Positions 11,501 to 21,471 are shown, counted from the first letter of the stretch. The stretch is DNA of 35,316 nt from Niabella sp. (GCA_035326385.1 DAOLFI010000001.1:1-35316), one strand, 5' to 3'. Notes: generated from the sequence alone by a model not told the origin. Made by a program: numbers and translations.

Positions 11501-11820
11501 CGGCCAATACTAATGATCCAAGAACAAATATCACATCATCCAATCCGCGGTTAAGATCGGCAGATCCGCAAAACGCTGCTGTTGCAAGCGATCACTGGCT
11601 GCATGATGCCACCTGGATAAAATTAAAAAACCTGCAAGTGGGTTATAACCTGCCTTCAGATTGGGCCGGTAAAGTGCTTATGCAAAGGGCCCGGATCTAT
11701 TTTTCAGGTGAAAACGTGCTCCTCATTACTAAATTCAAGGGACTTGATCCTGAGATTGGAACAGGCACTACTTACCCGACTATGAAGCAGTTTTCATTTG
11801 GCCTTAACTTAACCTTCTAA
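8551..11820 (+). CDS. susC: SusC/RagA family TonB-dependent transporter
   Basis: CarboxypepD-like N-domain, EVVVVGYGTQKK, LKDAASASIYG..ANGVILITTKKG, RYDGSSRF, C-terminal F. Start taken as ATG 8551 (ORF is open from TTG 8467). Confidence 0.95.
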   Translation: MHVLCLLRFWVLVGATFLLPLFLHAQGNKISGTVLDDQGKPIAGASVLVKNTSVGTNTNDEGTFSINAAPNSVLVISSVGYETLEQNVGTQQDVTVVLKSAQAAMDEVVVVGYGTQKKVNLTGSVATVSAKQLADRPITNVSSAIGGLMPGVFVRQGSGDPRGDGANIQIRGTGTLSSTGPLVLVDGVIGSMDAVNPNDIESVSVLKDAASASIYGTLAANGVILITTKKGTKNRTTVNYSGGVSFTRPMNLPKFVTNYAEHMRLVNEGHINVGSAPIFSDQTIIEQDSASKIPNQINAVGVPNYIAYPNTDWADALYGKSRILQNHTVSVNGGSDKATYLASFGYLDNPGSIENTGLKRYQLRANIEAKVAKFLTVGTQTFGLTQLSQMGNTESAFNFLPQTTPGVVPYYDGRYGFAQAPGESGTANNILGFLNNTAGDDQTTRLNTTLYTIFTILKGLSFESRMNYQFRQNEYNSHANAGPSERWNFRTNGLMSPLPALSNLTTYYSFNKDYRLTFDNVLRYTTTIKNDHDIGALFGYNQWYVNWYNFNGTKRGLIDYNITTPGSAVEPVSINGTEYDDAMRSWFGRVNYGYKGKYLLEGNLRYDGSSRFSPETRWGVFPSMSAGWRISEEGFMQGTKDWLSNLKLKASWGKTGNVARRYDDINDPRNYYIWQSFYDQALYSFNGSQVAGLAQSVYANRALQWETSTATNFGLEGGLWKNKLTLELDVYRRYTYGILTVPPIPLTAGTIAAPIENTADVVNKGIELMLGYRGKAGDFTFNVSGNISYNTNEVVKYKGKLVEGFDNGVYRSNLGDVSTGGTTRRLEDHKVDEYYLYKVYSGSGTYFNTDGSVNINGGPKDGMIRTPEDLAWAQAMLAAGHPLRPSNAVRNNAIWYGDLIYADLNGDGDYGNSFDRYFTGTSSLPKFVFGLNATVTWKQFDLSMIWAGATGHQYYWNDVYNNSSVRNGFALPVLYGRDHYFYDPANTNDPRTNITSSNPRLRSADPQNAAVASDHWLHDATWIKLKNLQVGYNLPSDWAGKVLMQRARIYFSGENVLLITKFKGLDPEIGTGTTYPTMKQFSFGLNLTF

Positions 11821-11838
11821 CAAAAAATCATTGACAAT

Positions 11839-13605
11839 ATGAAACAGTTTTTATCAATAACAGGTTTACTGCTGATATTTGCGCTTACCAGCTGTAAAAA
11901 AGGGCTGCTGAATACAGCTCCGTATGATCGGCTGGCTACAGAGAACATGTGGAATTCGGACAACCTCACAGACCTGGGAGTTCAGGGCATTTATAATGCG
12001 CTTAGGCTGGATATTAATACGGGAGGCGCCTCTCACCTGGAAATTTATCAGTACGATCGTTTGGGTCCTACAGGACAATACCGTGATGCAGAAGGGTTGC
12101 TGCAGGGAACCACAACCCCTGGTAATAGTCTTTTCAGTAATGCCTGGAGATATTTTTACACCGGCGTGATCCGGGCCAATGATGCAATTGCAAATATTCC
12201 TCTTAAATCGCCATCAGCCAATGAAAAGAAAGGTCGGCTTGTTGCGGAATCAAAATTTTTGAGAGCCTATTTCTATTTCCGGCTTAACCAATTATGGAAG
12301 GGGGTTCCTATTTACCTGGAGCCAACCAACTATGATGAGTTTATGAAATCCCGGTCTACAGAGCAGGAGGTTTGGGATCAGGTTATAAGTGATCTTACAG
12401 ACTGTATTAATGAGGCTAATCTCCCGGATAAATATGCTTCGGGGAACGCAAATTATGGTCGTGCTACCAAGGGTGCAGCGTATGCGCTACGTGGCAAAAC
12501 CTATATGTACACTAAAGAATGGAGTAAAGCAGCCGCCGATTTTCAAAAAGTAAAAGACATAGGGTTTAAGCTTTTTGGAGACTACCAGCAACTTTTTAAG
12601 GAAGCTAATGAACGAAGTGATGAGATGATTTTTTCGCTGCAAAATATTGGGGTTCCAGGACTTGGATCCACTACACAGTTTTTTTGCGGTACCCGGTCTT
12701 CTTTTGGCTCTTGCTGGAATACATACCTGGTATCTCCCAACCTGGTAGATATGTATGAAAAAACTGATGGAAATGTTTTTCGCTGGGATGATCTTATCCC
12801 GGGCTACTCCGGCATGACCCCGCAGGCGCGCCAGGTATATTTTCTTAGGGATAATATGACTTCGCAGGAAATTACTGCTGCATCAGGCAGGGGTGCTGAT
12901 ATGAGCAAATATTTAGCCACCGGTAATGAGGCCCGTATTAAGGCTGCATACGAAAACCGGGATCCCCGGCTTGCAGCCAATGTAATTACTCCGTATTCAA
13001 CTTACGTTGGGGTGCTGGGAGCAGCTAATAATGTTGTTACAAGCCGCTTTCCATACCGCACAGACGGGGTACCTACAGGAGATTTGCGTACAGATACGGG
13101 GCCCCTCTTTTATTACCTGCACAGGAAATTTGTATATGAAGGTACTTCTGAAACGCTGAACAGGAGCTACGGCCCTACTGATATGCCACTGATACGCTAT
13201 GCAGATGTATTGCTGTTATGGGCAGAAGCGCTGAACGAAAATGGCGATGTCCCAGGGGCTATTAGCAAAGTTAATGAGGTTCGGAGCCGTGTAGCTATGC
13301 CCGGTTTGCAACAAACTAATTCTCTTTTACCCACTCATGTGACCGGCCAAGCAGATATGCGTGAGCGTATTCGCAAAGAGCGCAGGCTGGAATTTCCAAA
13401 CGAAGGCGTTATTTACTTTGATGAGCTGCGTTGGAAAACCTGGAGAGAGTCCACTTTTGGCAACGGTGCTGGTGTACAGCAGGTTTGGGGTCAAAATACT
13501 CATACGTATAATTGGGGCGGAGATTATTTGTATGCATGGCCGATACCTGCGGCAGAAAGAGAACGCAATACTTCTCTTACTCAAAACCCGGGATGGCCAG
13601 ATTAA
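11839..13605 (+). CDS. susD: SusD/RagB family glycan-binding lipoprotein
   Basis: Lipobox LTSC, ESKFLRAYFYF, IRYADVLLLWAEA, ERRLEF..EG, ends LTQNPGW. Confidence 0.95.
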   Translation: MKQFLSITGLLLIFALTSCKKGLLNTAPYDRLATENMWNSDNLTDLGVQGIYNALRLDINTGGASHLEIYQYDRLGPTGQYRDAEGLLQGTTTPGNSLFSNAWRYFYTGVIRANDAIANIPLKSPSANEKKGRLVAESKFLRAYFYFRLNQLWKGVPIYLEPTNYDEFMKSRSTEQEVWDQVISDLTDCINEANLPDKYASGNANYGRATKGAAYALRGKTYMYTKEWSKAAADFQKVKDIGFKLFGDYQQLFKEANERSDEMIFSLQNIGVPGLGSTTQFFCGTRSSFGSCWNTYLVSPNLVDMYEKTDGNVFRWDDLIPGYSGMTPQARQVYFLRDNMTSQEITAASGRGADMSKYLATGNEARIKAAYENRDPRLAANVITPYSTYVGVLGAANNVVTSRFPYRTDGVPTGDLRTDTGPLFYYLHRKFVYEGTSETLNRSYGPTDMPLIRYADVLLLWAEALNENGDVPGAISKVNEVRSRVAMPGLQQTNSLLPTHVTGQADMRERIRKERRLEFPNEGVIYFDELRWKTWRESTFGNGAGVQQVWGQNTHTYNWGGDYLYAWPIPAAERERNTSLTQNPGWPD

Positions 13606-13658
13606 GTAGTCTTGTGTTAACACAAAACCCGGGCTGGAAATAAAAAATAACATTCATG

Positions 13659-13720
13659 AAGCCATATCAAAAAGCTGGTTCTTATCTTTAGGCAATGCGG
13701 CTTTTTGATATGGCTTTTTT
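13659..13720 (+). terminator. Rho-independent terminator or stem-loop between susD and GH88
   Basis: AAGCCATATCAAAAAGC...GCTTTTTGATATGGCTT, a 17-bp stem running into a T tract. Confidence 0.75.
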
Positions 13721-13805
13721 ACAATAGCAAGCCTTTTATAAATAAGCGCTGGAGCATATTTATTAAACTAAAGGAATAAAGAACAATAACCGATATGTAA
13801 AAATC

Positions 13806-15092
13806 ATGCGTACACAAAAAACCCTCATCACGCTTTTATTTGCTGCAGTATTAGCATCCTGCACCACATCGAAAAAAACGGCCAATGCCCTTTCCGAAGA
13901 TTTTGTAAAAGAAAATTTTTCTCATGCAGCCACCATGCTCAACGGGCAGCTAAAAGTGGCCAATGAAAAATTTGAAGTGAAAAACGGCGCTTTTCCGCGC
14001 ACAGCAGATAAAAACGGGAAACTGGTGACTACCTCTATGTACGACTGGACACCAGGATTTTTCCCTGGCAGCCTTTGGTATGCGTATGAATATTCCAAAG
14101 ACGAGGCACTAAAAGCCGAAGCGGTTAAATGGACAGAAAAGCTGCTGCCTCTGCAACATTTTACCGAGCATCATGACCTGGGCTTTATGATGTACTGCAG
14201 CTACGGCAATGCTTACCGGCTGGCCAATAAGCCGGAATATAAAAATATTCTTATCAATTCGGCCAAAGCATTAAGCACCCGGTTCAATGAAACCGCAGGA
14301 TGTATTAAGTCATGGAACCGGTTTGTTTCCTGGCATGAAAATGCCACGTATTATTTTCCAGTGATCATAGATAATATGATGAACCTGGAAATGCTGTTTT
14401 TTGCTTCAAGGGTTTCGGGTGATGAGACTTTTAGAAAAATTGCCATTAAACATGCCGAAACTACGATGCAAAATCATTTCAGGCCCGACTACAGCTCTTA
14501 CCACGTAGTTTGTTATGATAGTGCAACTGGCAAAGTTATGGCCCGCGAAACGGCGCAGGGCTATGCTGATAACTCTACCTGGAGCCGCGGACAGGCATGG
14601 GCGGTTTATGGTTACACCATGGTGTATCGCGAAACCAAAGATCCCCGTTTCCTTAAATTCGCGTGCGGCCTTGCCGATTATTTTATCAATAATAAAAACA
14701 TGCCTGCAGACGGGATCCCTTACTGGGATTTCAATGCAAATGAAGCGGGATATACGCCTGGCGGAAAATCGAACGCAAATAATATTAAAATAAAGTACAG
14801 AGATGCTTCTGCTGCGGCTATCACCACCTCTGCCCTGCTGGAACTAAGCACTTATACAAAAGGAAAAGATTCAGAAAAATATAAAAACGCTGCGGTGAAA
14901 ATGCTGCAATCGCTGGGCTCTGATACGTATAGGGCAAAGCCCGGCACTAACGCAGATTTTATTTTAAAGCACTCTGTAGGCAGTATCCCGCATGATAATG
15001 AAATAGATGTTCCGCTGGTGTATGCCGATTATTATTTTTTGGAGGCATTGCTGCGGTATGAGAGACTGGCAAAGGGGCAGTCGTTGTTTTAA
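13806..15092 (+). CDS. Glycoside hydrolase family 88 (unsaturated glucuronyl hydrolase), lipoprotein
   Basis: Lipobox LASC; DWTPGFFPG, HDLGFM, VIIDNMMNLE, TAQGYAD.STWSRGQAW, RDASAAA, YADYYFLEAL. Confidence 0.92.
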   Translation: MRTQKTLITLLFAAVLASCTTSKKTANALSEDFVKENFSHAATMLNGQLKVANEKFEVKNGAFPRTADKNGKLVTTSMYDWTPGFFPGSLWYAYEYSKDEALKAEAVKWTEKLLPLQHFTEHHDLGFMMYCSYGNAYRLANKPEYKNILINSAKALSTRFNETAGCIKSWNRFVSWHENATYYFPVIIDNMMNLEMLFFASRVSGDETFRKIAIKHAETTMQNHFRPDYSSYHVVCYDSATGKVMARETAQGYADNSTWSRGQAWAVYGYTMVYRETKDPRFLKFACGLADYFINNKNMPADGIPYWDFNANEAGYTPGGKSNANNIKIKYRDASAAAITTSALLELSTYTKGKDSEKYKNAAVKMLQSLGSDTYRAKPGTNADFILKHSVGSIPHDNEIDVPLVYADYYFLEALLRYERLAKGQSLF

Positions 15093-15135
15093 TTGAGATA
15101 AAAATTTTGAATAACTTTTTCATACAAATCAAGGC

Positions 15136-16416
15136 ATGAAAAATAGCATTTTTATACTGCTGGCATTCCTTTTATGGAATGTGCCAGCCTCCTTTGCTCA
15201 ACGAAATAAAAAAACAATGGCTGTAAAAGCCGCACAGCCTTCGGGCCAGCAGGACCGTGCGTATTGGGTAAAAGCATTACATAAAATAGCATGGCCGGTG
15301 GTGGAAAATCTTGCCAACGGCACTTTAAAGAAAAATATGCCGCTTGAAAAAGGCCCTCAATATGGCCTGGCGCTTGAAAAAGTTACTTATCTCGAAGCGG
15401 TGGGCCGCAGCTTTGCCGGTATAGCGCCCTGGCTGGAGCTGCCGGATGATGATACAGAAGAAGGACAGCTAAGGAAGCAATACAAAGCACTTGTAATTAA
15501 AGGGCTTACCAACGCGGTAGACCCTCAGAGTGCAGACCATTTAAATTTCAGAGAAGTAGGGCAGCCCATTGTAGATGCAGCTTACCTGGCGCACGCCTTT
15601 ATGCGGGCGCCCAAAGCCTTGTGGGAGCCATTGGATGAAATAACCAAACAACGGTTTATTACAGAATTTAAATCGCTGAGGGACAGAACAGGAGCCTATA
15701 ACAACTGGCTGCTGTTTGCTGCCATGTGCGAAGGCTTTATCCGTTTGCAGGGAGAAGAATTTGACCCTGTAAGAATAGATTACGCATTGAATAAAATGCG
15801 CGAATGGTATGTGGGCGATAGCTGGTACAAAGATGGCGATCTGTTCAGCATGGATTATTACAACTCTTATGTAATACATCCTATGCTGGTAGATTTGCTG
15901 GCCTTGCTCAAAATAAAGCCTAAAACCAAATACAGTCAGAAAGGATATAATGTGAACGAAGCTTATGACCAGGCAGTGAAAAGAATGGTGCGTTATGCAG
16001 AATATTTGGAGCGTATTATTGCTCCGGATGGCACCTATCCGGCATACGGCCGTTCTGTTACGTACCGTACTTCGGCTTTTCAAGCCTTAGCACAAACAGC
16101 ATTAATGCACCAGCTTCCACTATGGGTAGAGCCTGCACAGGTTCGTTGCGCCTTAACCAAAGTATTTTACAACATGTATGAGGGCAATCAGAACTTTGAC
16201 TCTAAAGGCTGGTTGGTGCTGGGCTTTAACGGCCACCAGCCTATGATGGCGGATTATTATACGTCTACAGGAAGCCTTTATATGGCAACCCTGGGCTTTC
16301 TCCCATTGGGCCTGCCTGCCGATGATAAATTCTGGACAGACCCTCCGGCTGACTGGACCAGCAAAAAAGCATGGAGCGGGCAGCCGGTTAAGAAAGATTA
16401 TAAGGTGGAGTATTGA
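15136..16416 (+). CDS. DUF2264 domain protein (family includes GH154 beta-glucuronidases)
   Basis: YLEAVGR..AGIAPWLE, QPIVDAAYLA, NNWLLFAA, DYYNSYVIHPM, GRSVTYR, YTSTGSLY motifs; signal peptide. Confidence 0.82.
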   Translation: MKNSIFILLAFLLWNVPASFAQRNKKTMAVKAAQPSGQQDRAYWVKALHKIAWPVVENLANGTLKKNMPLEKGPQYGLALEKVTYLEAVGRSFAGIAPWLELPDDDTEEGQLRKQYKALVIKGLTNAVDPQSADHLNFREVGQPIVDAAYLAHAFMRAPKALWEPLDEITKQRFITEFKSLRDRTGAYNNWLLFAAMCEGFIRLQGEEFDPVRIDYALNKMREWYVGDSWYKDGDLFSMDYYNSYVIHPMLVDLLALLKIKPKTKYSQKGYNVNEAYDQAVKRMVRYAEYLERIIAPDGTYPAYGRSVTYRTSAFQALAQTALMHQLPLWVEPAQVRCALTKVFYNMYEGNQNFDSKGWLVLGFNGHQPMMADYYTSTGSLYMATLGFLPLGLPADDKFWTDPPADWTSKKAWSGQPVKKDYKVEY

Positions 16417-16529
16417 TGAATGGTTAGTTGATAGTATATAGCTACAGCGCCAGTATATCATCCTTACTGCTAATGATATACCTGATGACCTGGCGGGATA
16501 CGAGAAAATCCGCTACCGGCAGGGCGTCT

Positions 16530-18164
16530 TTAATTTCCGCGCTCTATGCTCCAGCTGCCAATAGTAGGAACGCCCCACTGGTTTTCATCGGCAAAAGCAT
16601 AATCGGCTTTATATTTTTCGGGCATTTCACCGTTTAAAAAGTCGCCGTATTTTACAGACGGAAAGATCTCTTCAAAAGTGTACATGGCAGTAAGCGACAC
16701 TCTGCGGTAAACGTGCGAGCGGGTAATATAGTCCATTCCTTTCAGCCCTGCTGCACCCATTAGCTCAACAAATGTTTTCACCGTGTTTTTATGGTAGTTG
16801 GCTACACGGTGCATTTTATCATCTACCACCAGGCCTTTGGTTAATTTAGGATCCTGTGTTGCCACACCTGTTGGACAGCGGTTGGTGTTACAGATCAGTG
16901 CCTGGATGCACCCTACTGCCAGCATCATTGCGCGTGCGCAGTTGCAGGCATCAGCTCCCAATGCCGCCGCCCGTGCTATATGGAAGCCTGTTGTAATTTT
17001 ACCAGAGGCGATGATCTTTATATGCTGCCTGATGTTTAATCCTCTTAATACATCATCTACAAAAGCCAGCCCGTCTAAAAGTGGTGCCCCCACATAGTTG
17101 GAAAACTCCTGCGGTGCGGCACCGGTACCACCTTCGCCACCATCAACGGTAATAAAATCAGGATAGGTATCTGCGTTTACCATGGCTTTGCAGATTGCCA
17201 TGAACTCGCTTTTATGGCCAATACATAATTTAAAGCCAACGGGCTTTCCTCCTGATAAATCTCTTAATTGCTTAATGAACTGAACCAGACCCTTTGGTGA
17301 GTTAAAAGCTGTATGGTAAGGGGGTGATTCTACTGTTGTTCCCGGGGCAATATGCCTGATCTTTGCAATTTCGGGCGTGTTTTTAGCTGCCGGCAAAATA
17401 CCGCCATGACCCGGTTTTGCGCCCTGCGAGATTTTTATTTCAATCATTTTCACATTGGGTATCTGCGCTTTTTGCGCGAATAAACCAGGAGAAAAACTTC
17501 CGTGTTCATCCCGGCAACCAAAATACCCCGTGCCGATCTGCCAGATAAGATCGCCTCCCTGTTTCAAATGAAAACTGCTTAAGCCGCCCTCTCCGGTATT
17601 ATGCGCAAAATTGCCCAGCTTAGCACCTCCGTTCATGGCTTCCACAGCGTTAGAGCTTAAGGAACCGTAGCTCATAGCAGATATATTCAGAATGCTTCCG
17701 CAGTAAGGCTGCTTACAATCTTTATTGCCAAAAATCACCCGGGGGTTATGATCCAACGTTTTAAAATCTTTTGGAACAATAGAGTGACAGATCCATTCAT
17801 AACCCGGCGCATAAACATCTAACTGCGTCCCAAAGGGCATGGTATCATTATCCTGCTTGGCACGCTGGTACACGGTGGAGCGGTCGATCCTGTTCAGCGG
17901 GCGGCCGTCAATATCTGATTCTATAAAGTATTGATAGATCTTCGGGCGCAGCTCTTCCATTACATAACGCAACCTGCCAAACACAGGATAAATGCGACGG
18001 ATGCTGTGTCGCGTCTGAACCATATCGTAATATCCCATAAAGGAAACTACCAGCACCCCCGCTAAAACAACAAACCAGTTTTTGCTAATATACCATGCCA
18101 GGAAAAAGCAAACAATAATAGAAAGAATGGAGGAAATAACAAAGGTGCGTCTCATGACAAACAA
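16530..18164 (-). CDS. FMN-binding glutamate synthase family protein (membrane-anchored)
   Basis: ISAMSYGSLS, HNTGEGG, EIKISQGAKPGHGG, DGGEGGTGAAP, CIQALICNTNRCPTGVATQD (Fe-S Cys motif). Confidence 0.92.
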   Translation of the reverse strand: MFVMRRTFVISSILSIIVCFFLAWYISKNWFVVLAGVLVVSFMGYYDMVQTRHSIRRIYPVFGRLRYVMEELRPKIYQYFIESDIDGRPLNRIDRSTVYQRAKQDNDTMPFGTQLDVYAPGYEWICHSIVPKDFKTLDHNPRVIFGNKDCKQPYCGSILNISAMSYGSLSSNAVEAMNGGAKLGNFAHNTGEGGLSSFHLKQGGDLIWQIGTGYFGCRDEHGSFSPGLFAQKAQIPNVKMIEIKISQGAKPGHGGILPAAKNTPEIAKIRHIAPGTTVESPPYHTAFNSPKGLVQFIKQLRDLSGGKPVGFKLCIGHKSEFMAICKAMVNADTYPDFITVDGGEGGTGAAPQEFSNYVGAPLLDGLAFVDDVLRGLNIRQHIKIIASGKITTGFHIARAAALGADACNCARAMMLAVGCIQALICNTNRCPTGVATQDPKLTKGLVVDDKMHRVANYHKNTVKTFVELMGAAGLKGMDYITRSHVYRRVSLTAMYTFEEIFPSVKYGDFLNGEMPEKYKADYAFADENQWGVPTIGSWSIERGN

Positions 18165-18240
18165 TTTTATAACGAATGTAGAGATTAAACGCCTTTTAAT
18201 CCAACACGATTTTTAAAAATTGCCCGTCATGTACCATTGT

Positions 18241-18714
18241 TTACTTCAAATACCGTCTCAGTTTCCAGGCATTTGTTTCGTGCTTACGCATCAATCCGGT
18301 GAGCATATCAGCCGTACCGGAATCTTCGTATTTTTCTTCGCAATCATCAATTCCGTTACGCAAAGATTTGATACAAGCTTCATGATCCTTAACCAGGTTA
18401 CTGATCATGGCTGACTGGTTGGGTATAGTACTGTCTTCTTTAAGAGAAGCTGATTTAATAAATGCGGCCATAGTGCCGGGTACCGGCTCTCCCAGCTTAC
18501 TTATCCGTTCAGCTACTTCATCAATGCCCCTGGCCAGTTCTTCATACTGGGCCTCAAACAGCGTGTGCAGCTCCATAAAACTGGGGCCAGAGACGTTCCA
18601 GTGGTAATTTCTTGTTTTAATGTAAAGCACATGCTGGTTTGCAAGCACATCAGATAAGAGTTTTGCAACCACTTTCAGGTTTTTGGCTTCAATGCCAATG
18701 TTAACTTTTGCCAT
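18241..18714 (-). CDS. dps: Dps family DNA-protection ferritin-like protein
   Basis: KTRNYHWNVSGPSFMELH..FEAQY, DEVAERI, D.GTADML, HE..AWKL. Confidence 0.93.
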   Translation of the reverse strand: MAKVNIGIEAKNLKVVAKLLSDVLANQHVLYIKTRNYHWNVSGPSFMELHTLFEAQYEELARGIDEVAERISKLGEPVPGTMAAFIKSASLKEDSTIPNQSAMISNLVKDHEACIKSLRNGIDDCEEKYEDSGTADMLTGLMRKHETNAWKLRRYLK

Positions 18715-18818
18715 ACGTACAGTTTTTAATACTATCAGGCAAAATCTTTACCAAACTCTGTTAATGAAAAATGCAAAAGACCTTTAGTACGAATAGCTTC
18801 TGCTTCTCCATGCTGATA

Positions 18819-18868
18819 AATAATAAAAGGCCTGCTTTCATTTTGTTCAGAGCGGGCCTTTTATTATT
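18819..18868 (-). terminator. Intrinsic terminator downstream of lysS
   Basis: AATAATAAAAGGCCTGCT...AGCGGGCCTTTTATTATT stem with A/T tails. Confidence 0.75.
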
Positions 18869-18959
18869 ATTTATGTTTTACGTTTAAACCATAATTATAC
18901 TGAGAAAAAGTATCTGTATTATTAATTATTATGACAGTCTTATTTGGATACCTCATGAC

Positions 18960-20483
18960 TTAATCCATCTTCTCTGGCCGCATTTGCGGGAAGAACAGTA
19001 CATCCTGTATGGAAGACTGGTTGGTCAGTAACATGCAAAGCCGGTCAATGCCAAAGCCAATACCGGATGTGGGTGGCATACCGTATTCCAGGGAGCGTAA
19101 GAAATCATAATCAATATACATGGCTTCTTCATCGCCGCGTTCCATCAGCCGGGCCTGCTCTTCAAAACGCTCGCGCTGCTCTATGGGGTCGTTCAGTTCG
19201 CTGTAAGCATTGGCAATTTCTTTACCATTTACCATCAGCTCAAAGCGCTCTACCAGCCCGGGTTTGCTGCGGTGTTTTTTGGTAAGCGGACTCATCTCCA
19301 CCGGGTAATCAATAATGAATGTAGGCTGTATATAATGGTGTTCACATTTTTCACCAAAAAGTTCATCAATCAGTTTGCCTTTCCCCATTGTTTTATCTAC
19401 ATGTATGTTCAGCTTACCGCAAACCTCCTTCAATCCTTCTTCATCCATTTCACTCACATCAAAACCGGTATGTTCTTTAATGGCATCGTAAATAGACACC
19501 CTTGCAAAAGGCGCTTTGAAAGAAATGCTCTTATCTCCTATTGTGGCATCGGTAGTACCATTCACATCCCAAGCGGCTTTTTCCAGGAGCTGCTCTGTGG
19601 TTTCCATCATCCAGAAATAATCTTTATAAGCCACATAAAACTCCAGCACTGTAAACTCGGGATTGTGCGTGCGGTCCATTCCTTCATTTCTAAAGTTGCG
19701 GCTAAACTCATACACCCAGTCAAACCCGCCTACGATCAGTCTTTTTAAGTACAGCTCATTGGCAATGCGCAGGTAAAAAGGAACGTCCAGTGCATTGTGA
19801 TGCGTAATGAACGGTCTTGCTGCCGCTCCGCCCGGAATAGCCTGTAACACCGGTGTATCTACTTCCAGTGCTCCCTGAGCATTTAGAAATTCACGGATAG
19901 AGTTGATCAGCCGGGTTCGTTTAATAAAAGTTTCCCTTACTGCAGGGTTGATCACCAGGTCAGCATAACGCTGCCGGTATTTGAACTCGGGGTCTGTAAC
20001 TTCATCAAATACATTTCCCTCTTCATCCCGCTTTACCACCGGTAAAGGTTTTAATGATTTGGAAAGCAATTTCAGTGATTGTGTATGTAGGGAGGTCTCT
20101 CCTGTTTTTGTTACAAAAACATAGCCGGTGGCACCAATAAAATCACCCAGGTCTAAGCCATGTTTTACCAGCACATCCCATTCACTTTTATCTTCACCGG
20201 GGTACAGCTCATCGCGTTTTACGTATAGCTGGAAAAGACCCTGCTTGTCCTGGATCTTTATAAAGAAAACCTTGCCTTTATCATTAATGCTCATAATACG
20301 GCCGGCCACATTTACATGAGCAAACTGCTCTTTCGTTTCTTCTGAAAAACCCGCTTTAATATCTGCCGAATAGTTGGTTACAGGAAATAATGCTGCCGGG
20401 TAAGGGTCAATACCTGCATCCCGCAGCTTTTGTAATTTTTCTCTTCTGATGATCTCCTGCTCTGATAAGTGTTGTACGCTCAT
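18960..20483 (-). CDS. lysS: Lysine--tRNA ligase (class II)
   Basis: YRQRYADL, GGAAARPFITHHNALD, LRIANELYLKRLIVGG, FRNEGMDRTHNPEF, YGMPPTSGIGFGIDRL. Start ATG 20483 (MSVQHLSEQE). Confidence 0.97.
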   Translation of the reverse strand: MSVQHLSEQEIIRREKLQKLRDAGIDPYPAALFPVTNYSADIKAGFSEETKEQFAHVNVAGRIMSINDKGKVFFIKIQDKQGLFQLYVKRDELYPGEDKSEWDVLVKHGLDLGDFIGATGYVFVTKTGETSLHTQSLKLLSKSLKPLPVVKRDEEGNVFDEVTDPEFKYRQRYADLVINPAVRETFIKRTRLINSIREFLNAQGALEVDTPVLQAIPGGAAARPFITHHNALDVPFYLRIANELYLKRLIVGGFDWVYEFSRNFRNEGMDRTHNPEFTVLEFYVAYKDYFWMMETTEQLLEKAAWDVNGTTDATIGDKSISFKAPFARVSIYDAIKEHTGFDVSEMDEEGLKEVCGKLNIHVDKTMGKGKLIDELFGEKCEHHYIQPTFIIDYPVEMSPLTKKHRSKPGLVERFELMVNGKEIANAYSELNDPIEQRERFEEQARLMERGDEEAMYIDYDFLRSLEYGMPPTSGIGFGIDRLCMLLTNQSSIQDVLFFPQMRPEKMD

Positions 20484-20531
20484 AAAATCTAAAAATTCAA
20501 AAATTGTCCGAAGGATCCCTTCAGGGAGGTG

Positions 20532-20539
20532 CAAAGATA
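20532..20539 (-). promoter_or_regulatory. Bacteroidota sigma-A -7 box for lysS
   Basis: TATCTTTG on the minus strand (consensus TAnnTTTG), about 50 nt upstream of the ATG. Confidence 0.65.
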
Positions 20540-20776
20540 GTCTGAATTTGAGATTTGGGATGGTTGAAACAGTAAAGGAAGGGCAGAAATGATATTTTCA
20601 GCTATGCAACAAAGCTATGAAAGAGCCGTTTAACCATATTAAATGATATCCCAGGCGCCTCCCTTTTCGAAGTTTAAGGATTAATTTAGCTGTGGCACAT
20701 GAGTTGAAACGTAGCTATTGCTTTCTTTCATCAATTCGGATATATTAGCTTTACTGTATGCTCAAAACAAAGAAAA

Positions 20777-21471
20777 ATGAAGAAAATATTTATAACAGGA
20801 ATTTCTAAAGGACGTGGAAAAGAACTATTTGAAAGATGTGCTCAGCAGGGATATTTGTTTTTGGACTTTTAAGGGATAAAACAGAATTTAACGAGCTTTC
20901 TGGAAAATTAAAAAAGAATATGATCTTAATTCTTGCAGATATTTCTTCTAACGATAGCATCTCCAAAATCCAGGCAATAGTCAAAGATGAAAAAATAGAT
21001 TTAATTATCAATAACGCCGGGATCGGAGGAAAGGCTTCTAAACTTAAATACACTTATAGCACTGAAATTTTAAACTTGTTTAATGTTCATTGTTTAGGAA
21101 TGTTAAGAGTTTTGAAAGCATTAAGCACAAATTTTTTTGAGAATGGAAACACTACTATATTAAATATAAATTCAAGATTTGGCTCTATAAGCAGGCAAAG
21201 CTTGGGAACATATAAAGATTTAGAAGTAAGCTATTCATATAGAATTGCAAAAGCATCGCAAAATATGCTGACCAATTGCTTAAAACTTGAATTTAAAAAT
21301 CAACACTTTGTAAGTATTATGCCCGGAAAATTAAAAACAGAAATTTCCCAAACAGATGCTGATATGTTGCCTTCAGAAAGCGCTGACAAAATTATTGATT
21401 TGTGGGAACAGGGAGAGTTGAGAAATGAAAATGGTATAAAAGAATTGAATGGAAACCTGATAGAATGGTAA
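20777..21471 (+). pseudogene. SDR family oxidoreductase (CsgA-like), split by a -1 frameshift near 20855
   Basis: ATG 20777 gives MKKIFITGISKGRGKELFERCAQQGY (TGxxxGxG) then stops at 20872. The remainder (IDLIINNAG, YRIAK) is in the 20836 frame. Confidence 0.8.

Noticed and set aside
20845-20872. Programmed ribosomal frameshift in the SDR
   Set aside because: No canonical slippery heptamer or stimulatory structure seen; a single-base loss in a T run is simpler.
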